Of a DNA stretch of 64,000 bases, positions 57,201 to 64,000 are shown one piece after another. Positions within the stretch are counted from its first letter, which is position 1. Every line of letters starts with the position of its first letter. The DNA comes from Cyanophora paradoxa CCMP329. Lineage: Eukaryota; Plantae; Glaucophyta. Below the pieces are notes generated by a model. The model worked only from the letters and a program-made list of their open reading frames with translations. It was not told where the DNA came from and ran no database searches. Where the stretch lies: contig QPMI01000139.1 of NCBI GenBank assembly GCA_004431415.1, positions 13,143 to 77,142 on the forward strand, read 5' to 3'. Made by a program: the position numbers and the translations under genes.

Positions 57201-59257
57201 CATCGCTGATGGGCCTCTGAACAGCCTGACGCTCAAAGTTTTTCCACTTCTCATCGGCCATCTTTCTCCTCAGTTCTTCGGCGTCTTTCTGACCCTTCCC
57301 GTCAGCTGATCCATAACGTAGCTAAAGTCGCGCATGTTCTCTTCCATGGCGCGGAGCCTGTCCCCCGATGCATTTCCTTCTTTCAGTCTTTTGAGCTCCG
57401 AGCGGTAAAAATCCATCTGCGCCCCCCTGAACGTCTCCAGTCGTCGCTTACGCTCCGCTACCTTCGGCTCCTCCAGCCGTGCAAATTCCTCGTCTGATGC
57501 AGTTTGCATTGCCTTCAGTCGTTCCTCTTCTGTCTTGGCAGCTGCCTCCTCGTCCGCCCTGCGCCGCTGCTCTAACGCGTCGAAGAGGGCCTCTGATCCT
57601 CGAGCGTGAGGCCAATGAGCTCTTCACCTGGTCGCTCCTACCCAGCCGCGCGAAGGGCAGCCTCTCGGCGGCCGCCTTGGATCGGGCCTTGGCGTCGTCT
57701 GCGTCTCCATTGTGCCCTTGGCACAGCCGTCCCTATCTCTGCAGCTCGGCCGTCAGCGTTTTCACTTGCTGCTCTAGGTTGAATCGTATGGTGGATGCGA
57801 GCCCCTCTGCCTTCTGCCTCTCCTGTTCTCGCAGTTCGAGCTGCCTTAAATCCTCCTTTGCTTTTCTGGCTTGCTCCTCCGCTGCCTTTCGCTCATCGTC
57901 CAGCATCTTTGTGCCCTCTTCGACCTCGTTTGCTATGTTGACCTTGTTTGCTATTTCCATGTCCAGTTTCTCCAGCTCGGTCCTTGCCTGCTCCTTTGCC
58001 TCCCTTATCGCGTTTTCCACGATCCTATCGGCCTCTCTCTTCGGATCTCGGCTTTCTCCTCGGCTCCAGGGATTTCTCAATTCTATCGCTCGCCTCTTTC
58101 AAATCGTCCGCTATCTTTTCTCGGCCGCTGTCCTCATTTCGTTAAATTGCCGCTCCTTGTCTTCAGCTCCTCTGCCAGTATTCTCACCTGCTCGTCTGAG
58201 TAAACGATCGTTTTGTTATCTTTCTGCAGCTCTGCAATGTCCTTTCGTACGCCTTCCGATCCCTGTAGTACTTTGCACCGCCTGCAATCAGGGCCGCGCC
58301 GAAGATTCCCGTTGTTGTACCAAGGATCGGCACGAGCGTACCCCTCCGCCGCTCTCTCCGCCCGAGCCGCCGCACCCGAGCGCTGCTACCCCCGCCCCTC
58401 CCACGGCGTGCACTGGAGCCCCTCCGCCCCCCGTGCCTGTACCCCCACCCCGGTGCCTGTACCCCCACCCCGGTGCCTGTACCCCCACCTCCGTGCTTCC
58501 GCGCCCGTACCCCCCCGGATCGCGCCCGGCACCTTGGCCCGCCGATGATGTCGTCGTACAGGTGGCGGTGCGCCCAGTCCGTGATGTCGGCCTTCACATG
58601 CGGGTGCTTGACGAGGCGTACCTCTCGTCGTGGAAGTGGTCCTTCAGCGCCCAGTTCTGCGTCTTCGCCCAGTCTGAGCGATCGGGGAGCACGTCGGGTG
58701 CCGTTGGGATGCGGCCCCGCCCGTCGTCTCCGGCGTCTCGCCCGTCCTGTCGGCGCTCAGGGCGCGGATGTTCACCTTGAAGTGGTCGAACCACGCGAAA
58801 AACTCCTCCCTGTCGCGCTGTACTGCTCGGGCTCCATGCTCGGCAGCGCCTGGCGGCTCCAGTAGATGTGGCGCAGGGGGCCCGCGATGCGCTCGAGTGC
58901 GTTGTACCGGGCTCACGTCCCCCTCTGCGCCTTTAGAGTCAGTTTCACGAGGTTCAGGGTGGCGTCTTTCGCTGTAACGGAGTTTGCGATTTTCACGTCG
59001 GCCGCCCTCTTAATAATGTTCCAGTCACGCCGTCTCGGTCGTGACGCCCAGAGCCCTTGATAATTGCGGTGAGGTCACCGTAATCGTCCAAGGTACCGAC
59101 GGACGTCAGGAAATCGCTGTAGGTCGCGCCTTGCGCAGCCTTATCTCGTCCGCGTAAATTCCCTCACGCTCAGGCTCCCGTCTATCGCGAAGGCGCCGTT
59201 CAGCACCTCGTCCGGATTCGGGATGGCCATGCGCCAGGGGTCGTCGAGCATCGACAT
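54201..59257 (-). CDS. Very large frameshifted ORF (or ORF series): coiled-coil body, hydrophobic helices, C-terminal phage tail-fibre repeats and lectin-like tip
   Basis: ATG 59257 with the upstream motif; E/K/R-rich coils at 56.5-58.2 kb; GGLGLSILAGAIAQVIVDII; YADLSGRPTIP, WDNVTGKPLTFPPSTHSH; ends FIHWTAIGKLLM. Confidence 0.6.
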
Positions 59258-59279
59258 TTATCCGCGAGAGAGAAAAATT

Positions 59280-59752
59280 AACTAATGCTCCGCGTCCCAC
59301 GTCCACTTCAGCTTGCCGCTCACCTCGCCCGTTGTCCAACGGCCACGGGCACCTGCCAGAAAACGTCGGCGTAGGGGTAATCGGGCCTGATAGTGATCTG
59401 CTCGTCACGCAGCCAGCGGTAGGCCTCGAGGCGTCGCGTATTTTCGGCTCCCAGTATTCCCCGCCCGTGCCGTTCGGCAGCGAGTACCCCTCCCTTGCTA
59501 CCCGTACCCTGTAAACGTGCTCGCCCGTTAGCGTGTCTACCCCCCTGTACTCGAATTCTACGATTAAGGCCAAGTCCTGCCATGCGCTCTCGCCGAGACG
59601 GATGTGACTGAGCTGTGCAGCAGCCCGTATTTAATTGGACCAGAGGCGGTTACAAGATCGACTCTGTAAGTGAGGGGCGAGGGTAGCCAGGCACGCCCGT
59701 AAAGGTGCGCGTCTTGACGCCGAGCCTTTCGCGGGAATATGATCAGGCGCAT
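59280..59752 (-). CDS. Viral hypothetical protein (frameshifted)
   Basis: MRLIIFPRK...LIVEFEYRGVD...PDYPYADVFWQ; upstream ATTTTCG-N13-ATG. Confidence 0.55.
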
Positions 59753-59772
59753 TTAAGGGGGCCTGCGAAAAT

Positions 59773-60216
59773 CTATTTCGCAAAGGCCCAGAGGCCGAAG
59801 TTCTTGACGATGAAGGTTGTTCTTCTTGGTGGCGCCCGTGATGTCGTGAAGCGCACGCGCAGCTCCTGGAACTTGTCGTACGCGACGTAGTTCGGGCGCA
59901 CGGCCATGGGCACCTCGAACCAGTAGAGATGGTGTTCTCGGGCCGTCGTGGCCCCACGTCGGGATCACGACCTTGTTGATGCACGTGTTGACGTTCGAGA
60001 TGGTCGTGACGTTCAAGTCGGGCACGTCATCAGCAGAACGTTGACGGTTTTCGCGGCGGTGGGGTCCGGAATCGCGGTCGTGTCCAGCTCCAGGTAGACG
60101 CCCTTGATCTGCAGCGTGTCGATGTCGGCGGGGATCTGGTTCAGCCTGAGGCGCCAGAAGCCCTCGGAATCCTGCGTCTCTCCGTTCGACTGGACGTAGA
60201 GGTTGACGCAGGACAT
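59773..60216 (-). CDS. Putative minor capsid (penton-like single jelly-roll) protein (frameshifted)
   Basis: About 145 aa of alternating beta strands: VNLYVQS, FWRLRLNQ, LQIKGVYL, VNVLL..PDL, WFEVPMAV, QELRVRLHDITG, NFGLWAF. Confidence 0.5.
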
Positions 60217-60239
60217 TATTTAGGAAGGGGCCTGAGAAA

Positions 60240-60425
60240 TTATGCCTTCCTCAGGCCGTTGAGGAGGTAGGGCCCACGAAGTAGTAGCCCGCGAACTGCG
60301 CGGCGAGGATCCGCACGAGGTAGTAGCGCGCGGGCGACATGTAGGCGACCGCGCGAGGGTCAGCAGGCTGCCCAGGTAGCGGGAATCGCTGGTGATATCA
60401 TCGAGGCTCGGAGCATGGACGACAT
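60240..60425 (-). CDS. Small membrane protein (frameshifted)
   Basis: TLAVAYMSPARYYLVRILAAQFAGYYFVGPYLL; upstream motif present. Confidence 0.45.
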
Positions 60426-61069
60426 TGTTAAGGGCCCATTCAGAAATTTACTTGGGCATGAAGAAATTCCTGACGCGCTCTCCTCCTCGTGCAGCGCCCA
60501 CTGCAGCCGGTCGATGACGGCGGCCATCACGGCGGGCTCGCGGCGGGGTTCTTCGCGTACGCCGGGCGTCCTCTGCCATCTGGGGTGTACTGCTCGACGC
60601 GCTTGGCGTAGCTCGCGATGGCGCGGCGGGTGCACCGATCCAGGTCAGCCGCCATTTCGCCGGTGCCTTCGGCTGCTGCTGCTTCTTTCGCGCGTAAGTC
60701 CTAAGAAGCCAAGGGTAGGCGCGGTGCTGCTGCTGGAGTTGCTGGGCGCTGAGCCTCTGCGCTGGGGCTGGTGTCGCGGAGTCTCCATTCCCATGTTCTC
60801 TAGAAAAAACGGGTACGGTTTGCGTCATCTGAATGTCGACGTGGTGCGCCCTATGTTCTGCGTGCTCTCGCGCCTCTGCTGCTCGGTGGGGTTCGGGCTC
60901 GGGCTGTCGCGGCGGACGACCTAAGGGCCGCCGCTTCAGGGCGCCAGCACTGTGTTGGGCCGACGCGCTCCGTGCCGCAGCAGCTCCGAGACCAGGAAGA
61001 GCGCGCCGCAGCGACGTGATGATGTCCGAGTGGGTGCATTCCCCTGGAACATTTTCGCGGCCGTCAGAT

Positions 61070-62690
61070 TTATTATCGCTACCCCTCCCTTCCGCGCCCT
61101 TGCCTTGCGCGCCTCGGCCCTGGCCTCAGGTCGCCGATTTCCGCGGCTGCGGCGCGAAGCGGGGATCGTCCGCTGGCCGGCGTCCGCCTGGAAAATCGTG
61201 AAGAGGTACCGTCCGTGTTGTTGTCGGTGTTGTTCGTGTTTCGCGCGTGCGAGCCACTCTTTCAGTAAATGCGCCTCTGCTTGTCGGGCAGCGTCTTTGA
61301 GAGGTACTCCTGCAGCTTGCTCGCGTAATTTTCCTCTGGGATCAGCGACGCAAGGACGGTGGGCGGATCTTTCCCATGCCTATCTTCTCTCCGTCAGCAT
61401 GCGCTCGAGCTCTGCGATTTCACCATCGTATCGATGCTCGGTTGAGGCCCTGCCTCTGCCTCTTCTGGTCTACGAGGCGCTGCCCCGCCGCGTGAATTCG
61501 CGGACAGAATTTGGTGCAGCCGCTCGTACACCGTCGTGGTGCTCGGCTCTTCTCCTTCAGCAGCACCACCAGTCGTAATTCGCCCACAGCACTGCAAATT
61601 CGATATGTGATCGATCGTCACCAGCACGTGGCGTGCAGCGCGCCGTCCGTCGGCCCACCTCCACGCCCCTTGCACGCGAATTCCGATGATTGCGTTGGCG
61701 TACGTGTCGTCTTGTACTTGCCGTTCTTTCCTTCATATTGAAGCGTATGAACTTGTAGAATTCTGCATCCGAGAGCACCTCTGCGAGGCTGTCGCGCAGC
61801 GCCGCCGCTCGAATTCTCGCGCCTCTCCAGGCGTTGTGGGTGTTGAAGAGCACCCAGTAGCGCGACTGGCGGCTGTCGTATGTCGTACGCGTGCTTCGTC
61901 GGATTCTTTTGTTGAGATGAGACCGACGCCCCGTCTCGCTGATTTCCGTGATCACCTTCTCGAGCGCCTCCAGCCGTTTCCTGCGCCGCCTGCAGTCCGT
62001 TTTCGCCTTCTCTATGTTCTGCTTTACCTCTTGCGCGTCGCGAAGGTTGCCATTAAATCTTCCATGCTCGCGCACGATTTTCGCCTTCTGATTTTCGACT
62101 GCGCAGAGTTGGGCTCGATGACGGACGATCCGAAGTCAGCGGCCGTATCCTTTGCCTTTTTCGTGGTCTTTGCTTCGGCCCGCGAGCACGCTCTCGACAT
62201 GTGGTCGCGCGTCTGCTTGGAGACGTGGCCGTGTCGCCCTCTTTCGCCTCTGCAGGCCAAGATCACGAGCAGGCCTTGTTGCCGAGCAGCGTGACGCACT
62301 TCTGGCAAGCCACGAGTTTCTGGGCGACACCGTGGGCACCTGCGCGGCTTCTTGTCCTTGATGAGGGGTACGGCTCCTGGCCCTTTTTCTTCCCTTGCCG
62401 TTTTGCTTGGCCGCCACGCGTTTGCCTTCTCTATGACGCGACGTACTCTTCGTACACGCATCCTTCTCGCCTGCGCTGCTCCCTGCGGCGATTTCTCTGG
62501 CGTGTTGGCCCCTTGGCGCTCGGTCACGGGCGTGGCTTCGTACATGAGGCGAAGGCAGCGGTAGCAGAATTGGCGGCGATTTCTGCGCGCTCTGGTACGT
62601 GCGCGGTATGGCGCGCAGATCGCTCCTCGGGGAGTTTATCGTACTCGATTTCGCTGTGATGCCTCAGAGGGTCGCGGGCTCGTGGTATGA
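61070..62690 (-). CDS. Basic coiled-coil viral protein(s), heavily frameshifted
   Basis: Overlapping minus-strand fragments rich in K/R/E; limits uncertain. Confidence 0.4.
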
Positions 62691-62691
62691 T

Positions 62692-63034
62692 TTAATCGAG
62701 CAGCGATGGAGCATCTGAACTTCTTTGTGGCGAGAGCTTGATGTAACGATATGCTCTCTGCTGCTGGAATATGCCGTCCTCGCCCTGAACCAGCACGTAT
62801 CGCTTCGGAATCTCAACGACGGGCGTCTCGAGCTCGTCCACGCCGGTATCGGGCGCGTTTCCCTTTGCCTTTCCCTTTCCCTTCCCCTTGCCCTTGCCCT
62901 TCGGCTTAGGCTCCGGCTCCTCTTCTCTTCCTCCTCTTCTTCCTCCGACTCGGAGGACGGGGACGTGGGCTCCTCTTCCTCTGACTCGCTCGAGCTCTCT
63001 GGCTTCTTCTTGCGGCTCGGCGCTTCGGAGGCAT
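62692..63034 (-). CDS. Small acidic/Lys-Gly-repeat protein (MPPKRR...KGKGKGK)
   Basis: ATG 63034 with the upstream motif; NLS-like start; one or two frame breaks. Confidence 0.55.
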
Positions 63035-63055
63035 TTATTGGACACGAGAAAAAAT

Positions 63056-63886
63056 TTACACGAGCTTTACAGCGCCCGTCTCGAGGGCCTCTACCGTCTT
63101 CGTAATGTACAGCTGCAGCAGATCCTTAAGGTTGCTCTGCGGCAGCAATTTTTACGTCTACGTGCATCTGCCTGGCGGTTTCTCGCTTCCTGTAGCCCGT
63201 CTCCTTGCCCGTCCACTGCATGCCGAGGGCGTCCTTTCTCCGTATCGGCCGCACCGCCGTCTTCTGGTACTCCTCCCGAACCAGTCGTCCTTGTAGAATT
63301 CGGCAGGCCGCCCTGCCCTCCGTTTGCATGAACTTGATGAGGAAATCCGACGCCTTCTTGCCGTCGAATTGCACGCGAGTAGTGCACCAGCGTGAGCAGG
63401 ATGTGCGCGTGGAGCCGCCCGACCGCGGCCCGTACTCGATGCCGATGTTCCGTTGCCCTTCTCCACGTGCGTGTCGTACTGGTCGGACTTGAAATCGAAG
63501 CCCTTGGGTTCGCCTTGTCGGGGTACACCCCATCTTTATGCACCGCGCCAGCTGCCTGTCGTCGTAGAAGAGGGCCTCCAGCCCCCTGTGAAACGCGTCC
63601 TGCACCTTGGAGCCCTCTCCCCTGCTCCGCGGCTTGTAGTTGGTCTGGATGGTGATCATGAATTCGACTCGCGCTGCGGCCGATCCTCCGTTCAGTTTCC
63701 TCACGGGCGCCGCGTCCAGCACCTTCTGGAACCACGTCTTGTCGGGCGCCAGCACCTTGTCGTTGATGTTGCCCACCACGATGTGCGTCTCTACCCGGGA
63801 GCGGCCGGAGGCGTCCATGCGGAGGTGAGGGTTCGGTGCCCGGGCTTGCCTGTTTGCTGCCACGCCCTCGCGATGAGGTTGAGCAT
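63056..63886 (-). CDS. HUH superfamily rolling-circle replication endonuclease (frameshifted)
   Basis: Motif I FMITIQTN; motif II IEYGPRSG-RLHAHILL (HAH at 63403-63411); motif III LLQLYITK; restored with single-base corrections. Confidence 0.8.
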
Positions 63887-63955
63887 GTCAGACCAAGGCC
63901 TAGAAAATTTTCCGAGGCTGGGGTGAGCTTCCACGTGGGGCCCGGGGTACGTCCG

Positions 63956-64000
63956 CACCTCACCTGAGCATCACCTGAGCCTCACATGAATCACCTGAGC
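63956..64000 (+). repeat. TCACCTGAGC short tandem repeats, running off the window end
   Basis: tcacctgagc-a-tcacctgagc-c-tcacatgaa-tcacctgagc. Confidence 0.75.

Larger units (their letters stand above)
45900..64000. mobile_element. Putative endogenous DNA virus (HUH-encoding, mriyavirus/PLV-like); right end beyond the window
   Basis: Abrupt GC drop and loss of introns within CDSs; tightly packed ORFs with a shared upstream motif; fibre, S74, penton-like, HNH and HUH genes. Left boundary approximate. Confidence 0.8.

Noticed and set aside
45900-64000. Classical Polinton/Maverick, virophage or Helitron assignment
   Set aside because: No pPolB, rve integrase, cysteine protease, recognisable MCP/ATPase or Rep-helicase fusion is seen in the window. 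The element is truncated, so the assignment is unsupported rather than excluded.

Overview
Eukaryotic nuclear DNA, very GC-rich, with short (~50-80 nt) spliceosomal introns, many of them GC-AG. Phe-containing plastid-type transit peptides, a cyanobacterial-like queA and flagellar genes suggest a glaucophyte such as Cyanophora (inference). 1-45 kb is host chromosome: rpiA, a PEX26/APEM9-like gene, an M16 peptidase, a TPR/TM protein, queA, a TTLL ligase, an F-box/LRR gene, an R3H+AN1 protein, a kinesin-like/CCDC78 fusion, IFT74, a pseudo-receiver phosphodiesterase, a peptidoglycan amidase and RPS11. A full-length Ngaro-type tyrosine-recombinase retrotransposon (split direct repeats A1..B1A2B2) sits 18 nt upstream of the IFT74 ATG. 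From ~45.9 kb to the window end, composition and gene structure switch to a compact, virus-like region with essentially intron-less coding sequence. It contains fibre proteins (FN3/Gly-rich, S74 chaperone, phage-type repeats), two tandem beta-rich paralogues, a penton-like ORF, an HNH protein and an HUH rolling-circle endonuclease. It also has a conserved AT-rich TCT/TCG motif 11-18 nt upstream of ~13 start codons and three (GGGACTT)n modules, two of which form an inverted repeat around iteron-like repeats. I interpret this as a probably undescribed endogenous DNA virus, possibly related to mriyaviruses (Yaravirus-like). The element is truncated by the window end and carries many 1-nt frameshifts. 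All protein assignments come from motif recognition by eye; no searches were run.
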